From Macrostomum lignano (lineage: Eukaryota), in NCBI GenBank assembly GCA_002269645.1, contig NIVC01001389.1, positions 186,001 to 250,000 of the forward strand: 64,000 nt of DNA. The letters are read 5' to 3'. The notes beneath the pieces are model-generated. The model searched no databases and was not told the origin of the DNA. It saw only the letters and a list, made by a program, of their open reading frames with translations. Both the position numbers and the translations under genes were made by a program. Shown one piece after another: positions 22,973-37,193 of this stretch. How positions within the stretch are numbered: position 1 is the first letter of the stretch; every line of letters starts with the position of its first letter.

Positions 22973-25900
22973 TATATAGTGCTTTCCTGCTTCGCTACTT
23001 ACTCTCTAGCTAAAACTTTTCTTTTTTCTTTAGGAATTTCATGGTGTCAGCAGAAATTTCTTGTAGCTCTGACTCAATGAAAGAATTTATTGAAAAAAAA
23101 AATTTGCAGGAAAAGTTTTAATTAGAATATGGTCCTTGATAGAAAAATTATTTAAAACTTTTTATGCAGTAATGCTTTGAATTTAATTAAATTACGGGCT
23201 CGTACGTAGTGGTTACACTCTACGCAGCCTTCTTGGGTTAATAAATGAATCAAATCAACTGTTTCTCTCGGAGTAATTCTTCCTGCTTGCATGATTCAGC
23301 ATTTGATATGCGAGGACGGTCCAAGTCTTGGTTGCAAAAGTGCACCAGGTATTCAATAGTACCAGGCACCGATGCAAAATTCATCGATCGCGTTGGTCGC
23401 CAGCGGTTTGCGCAGCTAAATAAGACTGCTTGTGTGTCACCTCAAGTTTCCATCCTAATTCTCGGAATGCTACTCAGCAAGCAAAAGCTGAGGACACGAC
23501 CCCGATAATGTACAAGTAAGCTATATAAACCCTTGTAAAATCAAAATGCCTCACTTGCATTTGCTTGCCTCCCTCTTTGCCTCTCTCGCGGTTTGGCCTT
23601 GTGTGACGACTTCCCTCCCATTTGCTTGCCTCCCTCTTTGCCTCTCTCGCGGTTTGGCCTTGTGTGACGACTTGCATCGGTAGCTCTGTTGGGCAGTAGT
23701 GTAGTGTGTACCTCTGCTTTACGTAACCTATTGCACGTTCTGTCTCTATCGTTGACAAAGTCAATAGCCGTGCGCACTCCATCTCTCTCAGTAGCATGTA
23801 GTTACTGCGATAGTGCGAGCTAAAGTATGTACGCTCGTACAAGCAACTGAGCATCGGTTTACGCTCCTATAATTGCTTTAGCCCGCCAAATATTTAGTTG
23901 ACTCTGCTAAACATTGTCTCACTAGTTCGCCTTGTTCGGCAACCCAACGAGAAAACCGTGCGAGCATCGCTCCACGTGTTAGATCGAACGAAGCATTAGA
24001 GTAATCCTGAAATAACTACATGTAGAGGCTTCTTGCGTGTGTTTAGTGGAACTTTTATTTTCTGCTTTCTCTATATTGGATGCTTCTTGTACCTTAAGTT
24101 AAAAGGTCGATGACCGAATTCGAGGAAGATTCTATACTGCAGAAAATTTGGCGGCAAGTAGTCGGCTGGGACGAAGTATTGGAACAGCATATTAGCAAAA
24201 AAGTGGAGCATTGGATTGCTTAGATTGGGAGCTTGACACTTCTAGAGGTTACTTAGCTATCGATGGAAGACGTGACTGCCATGACCAGAGGCCACTGGAG
24301 GCAACCGATTGGTTTAAAGTATACATGTCTATGTCTGTTAAGAGCTCGATGTACCAATATGGGTCTTGATCCCATCTCATTTGGACCTTTCTTTCCCAGC
24401 AGTTTACATGACTCATCACCTGCAAATATTTTAGTGAAAGTACATTGATCATCAGTTACATTTTCACTCAGCGTATCCTAACTTGTACCTATAGAAACTG
24501 ATACGTGTGTCCTTAATTTTTACCTTACCCGTTTCCTGCTTGATATCGAGACACTTGAATTTTTCTTTATTCTTGTCATACGGAGGCTGGACACTCCGGG
24601 TTAAGCTAAATTAGTTTAAAACTAAAAGGGCACCAATGCCTCTGAGCCTTTTTCTCCAGTCCGTATATTTCTATTTTGTTTTGAGCTGCAAGAAAACAAA
24701 GTGTCTAAAGAAGAGTATGAGATACCATGGACCATGACCATAGCCACGATGGACTCTTGCGATGCCACAATTCTCTGCAATGCAATCAAGTTTGATGTTT
24801 GGAATCATCCTAGTCTTTTCAACTATCAAGTGCATGCGATCTAGCATTGTGAAAATATACTGCTAAGTCACGAATATTGGATTTTAACTTTAGATTGCAC
24901 GTGTTGTGTGCCGCTTCGATCCCTATTTCCCGGATAAGTGGCAGTGATCCCTAACTGTGATATCGCCGCTTGACCGTCGCTCTTTAAATCCCTCCGACAA
25001 CCCACCCTAAACCTCTGGATGATTCAATTTTTCTAGTGACCTCCTGAAGGAAAGGATCTAATGTGTCTGTGCGAGCGAATGGTTTTGCCTTTGTTGTCAT
25101 GTAATGCTTGAGATGCTCCTATAATGATAGCTGCAGTTTAAAGGTTCTGTGTGTTCTGATTGTAAGATCGATAACTAGTTGGATCATATCTCTATAATTC
25201 GTGTTGTGTATCTATGCGAGGTAGACTGTATATAATATTCTGTGAACCTTCTCTGAGCTAAATGAATGTCTTCATTGGAATGCTCAAACTATTTCCGTTG
25301 GATTAAACGTTCCAAGTCTTCCTATTCCAGTCTGTTTTGGGGATATCTTATGTCTTACCTGTGATTGTCTGATATTTGTAAGCTAAAAAATGGCCCTTTT
25401 CTTGATATTCTCTTTGTTGATTGCTTTAGGATTTCTAAATCCTACATGGATGCGGTGTCGTTTTTTATGTCCTCCCCTCACTGCAGCTACGCAGTGCGCG
25501 GTGCGTGTGGCATTTTGCATCGGCCCAGCCCAGCAATTCTTTCTACCCTCTTGACCGTCTGCCGCCATGGCCAACTCCCTCTTGCACTGTACTATAAATA
25601 TACACGATCTTGTAGCCCAAAGAGGCACTGTTGGCTTTAGATCTAGAATGTAACGTCGAAAAAAGCATCTCCTCCGGTATTGTCGTTTTTTCCACCGCTG
25701 TCTGAAGGCAGAAGATAACCGGTGTTTTGAACATCATAAAACATTGCGTTATATCTGGTTTCCTGAGAGTGAGTCACCCAGTTCCGCCAACTCGACTATG
25801 GGTGATTGCAACGAGCCGTTTCCATCTCTAGACGACAACTCCTGCCACAGCAGACGGTGGTCATCGACGTGATCGGAGCCGGAGATGCGAAGCAACTGGT

Positions 25901-26324
25901 ACGGTGTGTAGTGTGTCACGGAAAGACCTGAAACAATCGAGTACCTGCATGTGCGTATATAGATTCATCTAAATCAGGTCGAAGGTAATAATCGAGTCCA
26001 GCGGTTCGTCTCAGTACAATTTTGCATTCAGTTCAAGTCAAGCAACGCAGAATCTCAAGTTACATGGACATTTTTAGACCATTTTTAGTATTATGGATTT
26101 TATTCTTAGGGCGCATTCTGATTCTGATCACTGATCTCAAGGAATACATTGACGTCGACGAATTAAAACTGTTACGACTTACAGTGCTCTCAAACTCGAC
26201 CGACTTGATTATTCAAGAAGAGAACCCCGCACGCCGTTGGAACCCGCCACAGTAAGTGATCACTGAATTCTGTACCCAGACTTGCGGTCTGGAAGTGGGA
26301 GTTCGTGCGCTTAGACACTAGACC

Positions 26325-26330
26325 TAATTC

Positions 26331-26361
<31 letters not shown>

Positions 26362-26413
26362 TGTTGTTGATTTGAGTCAACAAAAAAACAACAACAACAA
26401 CAACAACAACAAC
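26325..26413. repeat. (CT)n and (CAA)n microsatellites
   Basis: Directly visible. Confidence 0.9.
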
Positions 26414-27068
26414 ACTGTGCCGAACTCTGTGCCGAGCTCCAAACTCTGTGCCGAAAAGAAAGCCGAATTCTGGAAGGAGTACAACAACAAAATGTCCGAC
26501 TCTGTTGACCCAAAACAAGTCTGGAGGACCGTCAAGCCTCAGCAACGGCAAACAACAAGCTCCTCCCAACGAATCTCTCATTGTTGATGGTCGAGAACTG
26601 CGCACCGACAAGAAAAAGGCCAACGCTTTTGGCTGCTATTACGAAAACATCAGCACTCTGAAACACTCGGTGGCGGACCGCAAGGTCAAAGTGGCCACGT
26701 CCCGTCGCCTGGCCCACTACTCCACCGACGACGACCTTTATTGCCGTGACTTTACCCTGGTGAGCTGAAACGGGCCATTGGCAAACTTGACCCCAGAAAA
26801 AATGCGGTCCCGACGATCATCGAAGCTGCCTTCTTCATCCACCTGCCGGACTCTTGGACGACGGCCTGGTTGGCCGTCTTCAACCGTTGCTGGCGTACCG
26901 GACACTGCCCTGGAGTCAAGAAAAAGGCCGTTATCGTCCCCCTGCTAAAAGACGGAAAGGACCCCAAAGACCGCGGCAGCTACAGGCCTGTCAGCCTCAC
27001 CTCCATCTGCGGGAAGATCCTCGAACGGCTTATCCTCGATCGCCTCTATCGCTGGCTCGAGCTCCACA
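26414..27068 (+). mobile_element. Degenerate internal LINE ORF2 fragment (pre-RT and start of RT)
   Basis: Across frameshifts: FWKEY...QVWRTVK...TDKKKANAF...KKAVIVPLLKDGKDPKDRGSYRPVSLTSICGKILERLILDRL. Similar in style to the element at 62.1-62.9 kb. Confidence 0.8.
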
Positions 27069-29109
27069 ATATGAAATAATGTTTTTGCAATGATGCAATT
27101 GTACCTTATCAATATGATATTTAAATAATGATTCGTGAGTCCATAACTGTCAATGCTATGCCCTTTTGACATTTTGTTATGATCTTTGTTTACTTCAAAA
27201 AGCGACTATTTCATGTTCATCCAAACCGTGACTGAAGCTTGAAGCTGTACGTACATGTACGTTTGGAATGCAGTAATCTGCAGTGGGGAAAATTAAAGCT
27301 TTTCAAGGATCGCCAATCAGATGTTAGAAGTTCTTGCACATCAGTTTAAGCACAAATATTGATAGTTTGATGCATACATTTTTCAGGTAAGATTTGGATT
27401 TTCAATATATTGAAAGGATTACTACTACGTTTGTTTTAATGAAATAAGGTCGATTTAAACTAATCATACTGGTCTATAAGCAGTTCTCCTGGTAGGACTC
27501 TACGGAAACTTAATAGTAATATATTTTTAAGTTTTATTTTCTCAAAACAATCTTACTCTTATTTCAAATCTGGAACTGAAAGCGTGCATATGAACGCCCA
27601 TCTTAATTTAACTTCATCTAAATGTGTGTGAAGTGTGAATTAAATCTAAAATGCAAAAGGTTGGATCGATAAATTCAGACGGAACGGTAGCTGGTAACCC
27701 AATTACCTCCATGGTCATGCTTACGAGTTTTAAATGAAAATTAGTTACAAGTCATAATCTTCTTGTTTTCATATCACTATTAGATTTTTTTACCACTATT
27801 GAAACGTACAAATAATTTTTAAAGCTAGATAATAGAATTTTCTTGGATCCATTGCTTATTCAGTTATTCACTCCAGTTTCTTTTCCAAGGAGCAATGAAC
27901 ATGTAGTGATAAATTTTTCATTGCTGGAAGAGAGGTTAGACATACTCGTACATTTAGTTTCATAAAACTTCCTCATCATTCAAGTTTCTAGTTATGAGTG
28001 GTACTTTTCAGCATCCATCCATTAATTGACAATTGGCATTAGTAATAGTACTAATAGTACTGATACTGAGACTCAGAGTCTAAAGAGTAATAATAAGTTC
28101 ATAATGACACATTGTCACTGATGTCAGTTGTTGAATTGAGTGCTTTATGAGGCATATATAGTTTAAATTATATAAAATACAATCTATTGGTTTTTTAATA
28201 AAATATTGAATAGAAAATAATATGCAATAAACTAGCCTTTAAGTAAGACCTAATGATAGTAAATTAGTCTTTCTTAGAGCAGAATATTTTTTGGTTCATG
28301 AGACTAACATCCATCAATATTAATTAACTTAGCCTAGGACATTTTTTAAATCAGTCTGTATGGAAAAGAGATTTTCACATAGAATATCTTTTTAGTGTCA
28401 TATTTTACTTGTACATGGTGATAGGGGTATAAATATTTGATAGATAGGAAGACATCCCAATTTTAAAGGTTTTTTGACATTGTTTTTAACAAAAATCATG
28501 ACTGCAATCATGTTTGCAATTTTTATCACTTAGAGCTCTTATTGACCCAACTAGAAATAATCAGAGCAATTATATAGAAAGGTACCCTATGTTTATATGT
28601 TAAAAGCCATTATATAATATAGCTTTTGAGGGGGCACTGGGCACAGGGCAAGGGGGGGCACAGTTACCTATATAACTGCTAATTAGAACCTTAAATCAGA
28701 AAAAAATTACCACGTGGACTCATTTTCTAGGGGGCACATGCCCCTGGTGCCGCAAGCTCCCGCCGCCCATGGTTGCAAGTCATAAAGCTCTTTTTTGATT
28801 TCTACTGGTTTAGCTACACTCGTAAAACCAATGATAAGTTTGCAATTTATCTTATTAGTTAGTTTCAAATGACAATGTGAAAATTTTAGCAAACTTTTAT
28901 ATTATTTTGTTCTTATTGCATTACTGGAACTGGAATAGGTTCCCCCAGCACCCCTTAACACAGTACAGTAGAGTCAAATCACAGAGTGAAGCTTACGAGT
29001 ATGGCAGTGATGACGTGGAGATCAGACACAATAATTAGTGATCTTTTTTTGATGAGTTTTCAATGCATAAAATTTTAGTATCCAAGAGAACTAAAAAATA
29101 CAGGATAAC

Positions 29110-29553
29110 AGCCTGGACTTGTGCGATAACGACCTGCTGCCGGCTCTTTTCGCCCAGCTGCCCCGCCTGCGCTGCCTCCGCCTCACTAACTGCAGCCGCC
29201 TGACCCGCCAGGCCTGAGCGAATCTGCGAGACCTGCAGAGACTCGCCGCCTCGCCGCTGCCCGACCTGCTCGAGCTCGTGGTTTACAATTGCAGCGATTC
29301 CAGCATCCAGCCTCACTGATGAGGCGGTGGCAGACCTGTGTGCCAGTCCGGTCGCCAGGGGCCTGCGGTGGCTCAGTCTGCACCCGTGCAACCAGCTGAC
29401 CGCCGCCTCTCTCTCCAGCATCGCCAGCGGCTGTCCGTGGCTGTCCGGGCTGTGCCTCTGGAAGTGCCGGCGTATCGGTCCGGCGGACCGCGATGCCATT
29501 AACTCGGCCTATGCGAACTGTGTCAGGGTAGTTCTGTCGCTCTCCTGCCCTGA
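29110..29553 (+). pseudogene. Orphan last exon of an F-box/LRR paralog
   Basis: DLLPALFAQLPRLRCLRL... with TGG>TGA near 29215 and a 7-nt duplication frameshift near 29305. No F-box exon seen upstream. Confidence 0.85.
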
Positions 29554-30360
29554 TTGAGCGCTTCGGCACCGCCAAAGTATGAATATAGACATTCATTCTC
29601 TTCAATGAATGCTTACTGCCATTTTTAACGGAAATTTTGTGTTTATTGACTTCGATCCCGCCACAGGGAACCACTAATGACGCTTTGCAAGTTGACCTCG
29701 GTTTGTAAGCGGCGCACACTAACACAACAGTGCCAGTTTTGTAGAAGCTGTAGGCCTTAGATTCAACTTTTTATATTTTATTTTTTATTATTAGCTGTAC
29801 TCTGTCTGTTTATTGTGACATTTCACACGTTTTGTGATAAACCTTTACTTTTATTCAGTGTTCTACTAGCACGTTACTCGTGCAGAAGTTATTGTTTGTT
29901 TTACTCTTGATCTATTTTTGGCCTTAAAGTCTCTAAATTAGTACCAACCAATGAAAATGCGACTCCAGTCTCAGCCAATAGGAAGCAGTGGTGTACAAAA
30001 TAACCATCTCCCAGTTCGATAGAATGAAAAATTTGTATATCTGGATAATAAACAAACACTTGCTAAGCCAAGCAGGAAGCTTCGCTCACTTTCCTCGCCC
30101 TCTTGCCGTCGCTCGCTCTTGCACATTTACCGGGTCGGACTGTTGGTAGCAGAACCTCAGAGTGAACCCAAAATACTCACAAGCTTGGAAGCTTCTTACC
30201 TGGAGTGCCTTCTTATATTACATTTTTTTGTCATTCAACGCGACTAAGATTGAAATTAGCAAACACAGCGGACTGTGAGTAACTAGCCATATGATTGGAT
30301 CGTCAGAAAAAGTTATTTGAATCCAATATTTCACTCCACTTGTATGCATTTCAATTGCAG

Positions 30361-32829
30361 CACCTTCAGCTCAACGAAGGAGACTGCTTTATCGAGTGGC
30401 TGCCGGATGAGCTGCTCACGCAGATCCTGTCCGAGTTGGACCAGACCAGCCTCGGCCGGTGCGCTCAGCTGAGCAGGCGCTGGCAGCGACTCGCCACGCA
30501 GCCGCGGCTGTGGCGCAAAATCCGCATCGGCTGCCGGAACCCCGGCATGACCCCCGGTCTGGCGCTCTGCCTGTCCGCCCAGCTGGCCGGCGCAGTGCTG
30601 GAGCTGCACGCGGACCGGCTGGCTGCTGACGAGCTCGTGCACCTGCTCAGCGGCTCGCCCGACTTGCAGAGCCTCACCATTGATGGCATCAGCGGCCCTC
30701 CCGGATCCGAGAGCCCGCTGGTGACGCTCAGTCGCTGCTGCCGCCGCCTACGGAGCCTCCGCCTGCTCCGCTGCGGCGGCCTGCTGTCAGCGCACTCGCT
30801 GGCGCAGCTGGGGGCCGGCTGTCCGCATCTGGCGCACCTGGCTCTGGATTTCTCTTCCTGCGCCAGCCTCGGCGGCTCCAGGGAAGAGTTCTCAACGCTG
30901 GCCTGCGGCCTGGAGTCCCTAAGCTTGGCCTTCTTCAGTGCTCATGCTGAGCAGACAGTTGAGCACCTGGCCTTGACAATACCCGTCTGCAAGCGCTTGA
31001 GCCGCTTGAGCATCGGCTGCAGCCGAGAGTCAGGTAAGTCTCTCACTGAGGTGGGAGCATCTGTCCAAATGGAAACCCCAGCATCGCCAGGCGGCTTATT
31101 ACGGCTGTCGGTGGGCTTGCAAACGGAAGACACCGCGATTTTGTTAGACAATTTCTCTTCCCAGTGGCTCAGAGAGCTGCGCAACCAGCTGGGATAGGGG
31201 CCACCTAGCTGGAAGCCGCACGAGTCCCTCCTGATGCTGCGAGAGCTCACAGTTGTGAAGAGAAAAAGGGACTCGCCCTCTTTGCAGACAGAACTTTGGT
31301 CGCCAAACAGTCCACGGTCCACTGGCCACAACACTAAATTTAACTGAATTTTACTGCACGGTCACACGAGAGCGAGAGAGACTGAGAGCGGAAAGTCCCG
31401 CGCTTTAAATAGCAGAGGGGAAGAGGGAGGAAACGGGCAAGCCAGCGGACAGCCGCGACACCCCACCTCGCTGGCCAGCCAATCACGTGCCGCCGCGGCA
31501 CAGGGCAGAGAAGAAACTGAGGGCTGGGCTGGGCGCAAGACCAACTAGGGAGAGGAGTGGCCAGGCCAGAGAGAGGCTCAAGCCCCCAAACCCCGGTCTG
31601 ACCCTCGGGCCAACCAGAGCGAGGTAGAAAGGAAGGGAGCAAGTAGACACAGCATACCACAACAACATTTAGTTATTCGAATAAGCGCCCAAATATAGCC
31701 AAGGTAGCGCAAAACACAGAAATGGCTTCTCTTGTTAACTTATTTTGATGAACGGAATTTACAGCGGCCCTTGAATTTTGTGCAGAGCAGCCTGATTGTC
31801 CATATCCGGCCCTGTTCACTCCGCAGTGCTGCTGCAGCTGCTGCTCCGCATGCCCCGCCTGGCCGACCTGACGGTCCGCGAGCTGCGCTTCACCGACAAG
31901 CTGGCCGGTCAGCTGGTCGCTGCAGCTGAACGAAGCGGTGGCTTCGAAAGTCTCGACTTTCGCAGCTGCCAGCAGTTGACCGAGCGCGGCCTGGTCGCCC
32001 TGCTCAGCGCCTGTCCGAGCCTGCGGCGTCTCCGCCTGTCCGACTGCCGGGCCTTAGGCGGCGTTGGCTACCGCCTAGCTGCTGCCCGCCTGCCGCCCGG
32101 CCTCGAGCAGCTGCGGCTCACAGGTTGGGCCTGGCCTGGCCTGGTCGAGGCGGACCTGGCGCTGCCGCTGCCGAGAGGACTCCGCGAGCTGGAGCTGCTG
32201 CTCAACCAGCAGGGCTCGCCCGCCGGCCTCTGCGGGCTGGGGCTGCGAGCTGGCCTGGCCGGCTGCCGGGGTAAGAGGCTAATCTGATTAAGCAGCACCT
32301 GAGGCGCAGGTGGATTTCAGAGACAGGAAACAAGTCAGATTCACCCACCCACCAACCGCCAGAGCTGACCAAGCTGACGCTGGACTTGTGCCACAGCGAC
32401 CTGCTGCCGGCTCTGCTGACCCAGCTGCCCCGCCTGCGCTGTCTTCGCCTCACTGACTGCCGCCGTCTGACCTACCAGGCCTGGGGTCTCACCGCCTCCT
32501 CGCCTGACCTGCACGAACTAATGCTGCTGCAGTGGTCCAGCCTCACTGATGAGGCGGTGGCCGACCTATGCGCCAGTCCGGTCGCCAGGGGCCTGCGACG
32601 TCTGTGCCTGTCGCCCTGCCTTCAGCTGACTCGCGCCTCTCTCGCCAGCATCGCCAGCAGCTGCCCATGGCTGACCCGCCTGACCCTCAACGGCTGCCGT
32701 CGAATTTCCCAAGCGGATCTGCAGTTGGCGCAGCCGGCATTCGAGCAGCGGGTTGAGCTCATCATCGGCAGAGAGGCAGAAGCGGCTGCCCAGAAGCTGC
32801 AGTTTTTATCTGATACGGAACTCGATTGA
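30361..32829 (+). CDS. F-box/LRR gene 1 (exons about 30361-31033, 31827-32270, 32363-32829; true start not resolved)
   Basis: F-box LPDELLTQILSELDQTSLGRCAQLSRRW; cysteine-containing LRRs (LxxLxLxxCxxLT); phase-1 GT-AG introns join in frame. Confidence 0.82.
31142..31667 (-). mobile_element. Dispersed repeat, probable solo LTR, in intron 1 of F-box gene 1; related copy at about 56980-57379
   Basis: The two copies align over more than 300 bp. The minus strand starts TGTTG and carries TATTTAAA and a CCAAT box. No TSD confirmed and the left boundary is uncertain. Confidence 0.55.
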
Positions 32830-34325
32830 GGATTGGGAGAGAAGGCCTGCCCGCCAACCCGAGTTTGAGCACGCATTTTTATAAAAATACACTTCGCAAA
32901 TAGCAATGGTGTTTGATCGCTCTGCGCAACACATTTTTTGCAAGCTCTTTCTAATTCGCGTTTCTTATTTACAAACCTCACTACTGACAGTAGAGCTGAG
33001 GCGAGAAAATATCTATCCAAGATTCAACACTATCGCTTTGCTCTCTGGAGCTTCAGGTCCTCAGAACTCTTGTAGGCGAGCTGAAAATTACAGAGCAGAG
33101 AGGGCAAAGTGCAAGGTTGGCAAATGCATTTGATCCATGATAACTCGCATGATAACTCTGAACACTGTCCGCAGCCTTGAGACCGTTCGAAGGTCCTGTT
33201 TGACATCCGCCCGAACGATGGCGCAAATGGAAGCGACCGGTTGCGACGGTCCGAGACGGAGGTCTTGTCGACTGGAGGGCTTGGATCCAGAACCCGCTGT
33301 GAGTGAGCCGGAAATTCAGCTGTCTGATTTGATTGATGTGCTGACAAGTGCAGGAAACGGCGATGCTGGTTCGAGATTTTAGTTGACGGGGTGTACTGAG
33401 CGATTTCTAGACCTTAAAAAAGCTTGTCAATTTTTTTGAGAAAAATCGTGCCGCACACGAATCGTGGATTGGGCCCGTCGCGACCCTATGACCGAATTTT
33501 TATTCGATTATAAGCATCGACCCCGATTAGGTAGATCTGCGGACTGCCCCTACAACTGACTGCACCTTCCTTCAGCCTATCCTGAACAGTTCCTCGGCAG
33601 TCCCGGAAATCCCCTCGTCGAGGCCGGACTGCCCGATCGAGAAACTTCCTGTTGAGCTGCTCACGCAGATCCTGTCCGAGCTGGACCAGACCAGCCTCGG
33701 CCGGTGCGCTCAGCTGAGCAGGCGCTGGCATTCACCGTCCATACGAAGCTACATCGGACCAGACTGGCCCCCTCATCCACCGACTGTCCGTGTGGCTGTC
33801 CGGAAACCTGGTGGAGCTGCACGCCAGCCGTTTGGCAGCTTTTGACTTTGTGCCCCTGCTGAGCTCCTCGCCCAAGCTGGAAAGCGTCACTTTAACATCG
33901 GTCAATCCAGCCTTTTGTGTGGAGAACCCATTGGAGACCCTGGGCCGCTGTTGTCTCGCTCCGCTTGCAGAGCCTCCGCCTGATCAAGTCTCAGTCGCTG
34001 CTCTCTGATCACTCGCTTGAGAAGCTTCAGACCGGCTGTCCGCGCCTGTGGCAGCTGCAGCTGGGCTTCTACTTCCTGCCGAAATTGTTTTCCATGGAGC
34101 GCATCGCCGCCCTGGTCAGTGGCCTGAGGTGTCTCAGTCTGCGCTTTAACTTTCCATTGCGTGCCTGGAGCGTTTTCAGCCGCTTAGGCCCAGCCTGAGC
34201 GTTGCTACTCAGTGTCACAAGGACAAAAGTAGTGAGCAGTTCCTTTTCCGCATATTCTGACTCGATCCGAAAGTAAAAGTGTTGAAGAAGCATCGAAACA
34301 ACCAATGAGATTTTTTACTGTATTT

Positions 34326-34628
34326 GGGGGCCGCAGCCTAGTGCTCTTGCGCGGTGCTCTGATGTGGCAGCGGTCCAGGCTCCTTGGGGCTAAATTGGAA
34401 TCTCGGCTTGGCTCTGCTCATATAATTAACTTCCTTGAGGGCCACCCCCAATGCCACATTGAAGTGTACATGCCTAACGATAAATAAAGTTAGAGCCACT
34501 GTACACTCCTGTGTGTCTGATCCTTGCGCTTGTGTCGGCGGAATGGGCAGCAATGCCTCTCGCCGGTTGTGTGACAATTCCGCTTAAAGTGCGCCAGGGT
34601 GAACACAACCACCTGCCTCTAACTAAAA
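34326..34628 (+). mobile_element. tRNA-derived SINE, copy 1 (internally deleted)
   Basis: Aligns with the copies at 36821 and 45684; A-rich 3' end. Confidence 0.75.
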
Positions 34629-34754
34629 GAGGATTATTGACTAGTTGAAACTCCAAGGGTTCGATTCTTTAGCCAACCACATTAATTGGCGTTGATGCTT
34701 CAATGCTACGAGTAAGGGCTCGTGCGATTCACACATCAGAGTCTCCATCGTACT

Positions 34755-35630
34755 CCAGACTCCCAGATCTGCAGCTCACGCTATCCCAACTCTCTGACTC
34801 CCAGATCTGCAGCTCACGCCATCCCAACTCTCTGACTCCCAGACCTGCAGCTCACGCTATCCCAACTCTCTGACTCCCAGACCTGCAGCTCACGCTATCC
34901 CAACTCTCTGACTCCCAGATCTGCAGCTCACGCTATCCCAACTCTCTGACTCCCAGACCTGCAGCTCACGCTATCCCAACTCTCTGACTCCCAGACCTGC
35001 AGCTCACGCTATCCCAACTCTCTGACTCCCAGACCTGCAGCTCACGCTATCCCAACTCTCTGACTCCCAGATCTGCAGCTCACGCTATCCCAACTCTCTG
35101 ACTCCCAGACCTGCAGCTCACGCTATCCCAACTCTCTGACTCCCAGACCTGCAGCTCACGCTATCCCAACTCTCTGACTCCCAGATCTGCAGACCTCACG
35201 CTATCCCAACTCTCTGACTCCCAGACCTGCAGCTCACGCTATCCCAACTCTCTGACTCCCAGACCTGCAGCTCACGCTATCCCAACTCTCTGACTCCCAG
35301 ATCTGCAGACCTCACGCCATCCCAACTCTCTGACTCCCAGACCTGCAGCTCACGCTATCCCAACTCTCTGACTCCCAGACCTGCAGCTCACGCTATCCCA
35401 ACTCTCTGACTCCCAGATCTGCAGCTCACGCTATCCCAACTCTCTGACTCCCAGACCTGCAGCTCACGCTATCCCAACTCTCTGACTCCCAGATCTGCAG
35501 ACCTCACGCTATCCCAACTCTCTGACTCCCAGATCTGCAGACCTCACGCTATCCCAACTCTCTGACTCCCAGATCTGCAGACCTCACGCTATCCCAACTC
35601 TCTGACTCCCAGATCTGCAGCTCACGCTTC
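34755..35630. repeat. 38/40-bp minisatellite (CTCCCAGACCTGCAGCTCACGCTATCCCAACTCTCTGA)n
   Basis: About 22 tandem copies. Confidence 0.95.
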
Positions 35631-35689
35631 ACTGGCCTGCCCGTGAGACTGAATTCAGGGGATCACCTTGTGACTAGTTATGGAACCCA

Positions 35690-36040
35690 CCAAAATGAGT
35701 GCCTGAGGCACCAAACTAAGTGTCTGCAACACCAAAATGAGTGTCTGCAACACCAAAATGAGTGTCTGCAGCACCAAACTGAGTGTCTGCAACACCAAAA
35801 TGAGTGCCTGCGTCACCAAAATGAGTGCCTGCAGCACCAAAATGAGTGCCTGCGGCGCCACAATGAGTGCCTGAGGCGCCACAATGAGTGCCTGGGGCGC
35901 CACAATGAGTGCCTGGGGCGCCACAATGAGTGCCTTAGGCGCCACAATGAGTTCCTGAGGCGCCACAACGAGTGCCTGCGGCGCCACAATGAGTGCCTGA
36001 GGCGCCACAATGAGTGCCTGAGGCGCCACAATGAGTGCTG
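35690..36040. repeat. 21-bp minisatellite (CACCAAAATGAGTGCCTGCAG to CGCCACAATGAGTGCCTGAGG gradient)
   Basis: Tandem units whose consensus shifts from the 5' half to the 3' half. Confidence 0.93.
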
Positions 36041-36820
36041 ACAACACCGATGCCCAAAAAATGTAGGAATTCAGCCATGTTAGAAGAATTTTTGGCTTTG
36101 CCTCCCACCATAAAATCTATGGCGACACCCTGGCTGACTTGGAAAATTGTGCCGGACTGTCACACTACAGAGCTGAGCTACCTGAATTTGGACGGGAGTC
36201 ACGATGACCTGCTGCCGGCTCTGCTCTCCGGGCTGCCCCGCCTGCGCTGCCTTCGCCTCACCGACTGCAGCCGCCTGAACCGCCAGGCCTGGGCGAATCT
36301 GCGACGTCTGCAAAGCCTCGACGCCTCGCCACTGCCTGACCTGCACGAGTTCCAGGCTTACAAGTGCAGCGAGTCCAGCCTCACTGATAAGGGGGTGGCC
36401 GATCTGTGCGGCAGTCCGGTCGCCAGGGGCCTGCGGCGGCTCAGCCTGCAGCCGTGCCGCCAGCTGACTGCCGCCGCCGCCCTCTCCAGCATCCCCAGCG
36501 GCTGCCCGCACCTGTCGGAGCTGATTCGGCACAGCTGCAGTGCCGCCCTACTGAGCGCAGCCTCATCAAGTCAGCTTATGAGAACTCAGTGCTTTTCAAA
36601 GCCGATTGATTCCTTGGTGTAATATTACCTTTTTAAAATAAAAGACGTTAAAATTGAATTTGCTTCTGGCTAACGGAATCGGTTAACTCCAAGTTTGTTA
36701 TTTCTCAGAGAATCTGCTAGTCTTGCTTCTTAGTGAGTCGCTTCACGACCCCCGGTACGGGTATGGCACGGTTTGGTGTGGAGTTGTGATCTTTATAGAT
36801 TAATTTCACACCCGGGGGTT

Positions 36821-37193
36821 GGGCCGCAGACCAGTGGTCCGTCGCGGCGCTCTGATAGGCCAGCGGCCCAGGCTCGATTCCAAGTGCAGTTACTTTAACC
36901 TGGGGCTAAAGTAAAGCCCAGGCTCTGCTCATACAATTAACTTCCTTGAAGGCCACCCCCCAATGCCACAGTAAAGTGTATATGCCTAACGATAAATAAA
37001 GTTAGTTAGGGCCGCTGTACACTCCTGTGTGAGTGTGTGCCTGTGCGTATGACTGCGTACGTAATCCTTGCACTTGTGTGCCTGCTCAGGGGAGTCGTCG
37101 GAATGGGCAGAAATGCCTCTCGTCGGTTCTGTGACAATGTCGCTTAAAGTGTGCCAGACTGAACACAACCCCCATTGCCTCTAATTAAAAAAA
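36821..37193 (+). mobile_element. tRNA-derived SINE, copy 2
   Basis: B-box-like GGCTCGATTCC, shared body, CCTCTAATTAAAAAAA tail. Confidence 0.8.

Larger units (their letters stand above)
33576..36622 (+). pseudogene. F-box/LRR gene 2, disrupted
   Basis: F-box at 33645 followed by a deletion/frameshift after RRW, a second shift near 33955 and TGA near 34198. No recognisable middle exon. Last exon 36171-36622 has a frameshifted end. Confidence 0.78.

Noticed and set aside
23555-23675. About 55-bp direct duplication
   Set aside because: Only two copies, with no flanking structure or coding context.
23900-26320. Short ORFs and exon-like patches
   Set aside because: No recognisable domain, consistent splice structure or repeat boundaries.
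27070-29030. AT-rich stretch as the missing 5' part of the orphan F-box exon
   Set aside because: No F-box or LRR-like coding sequence was visible in any frame.
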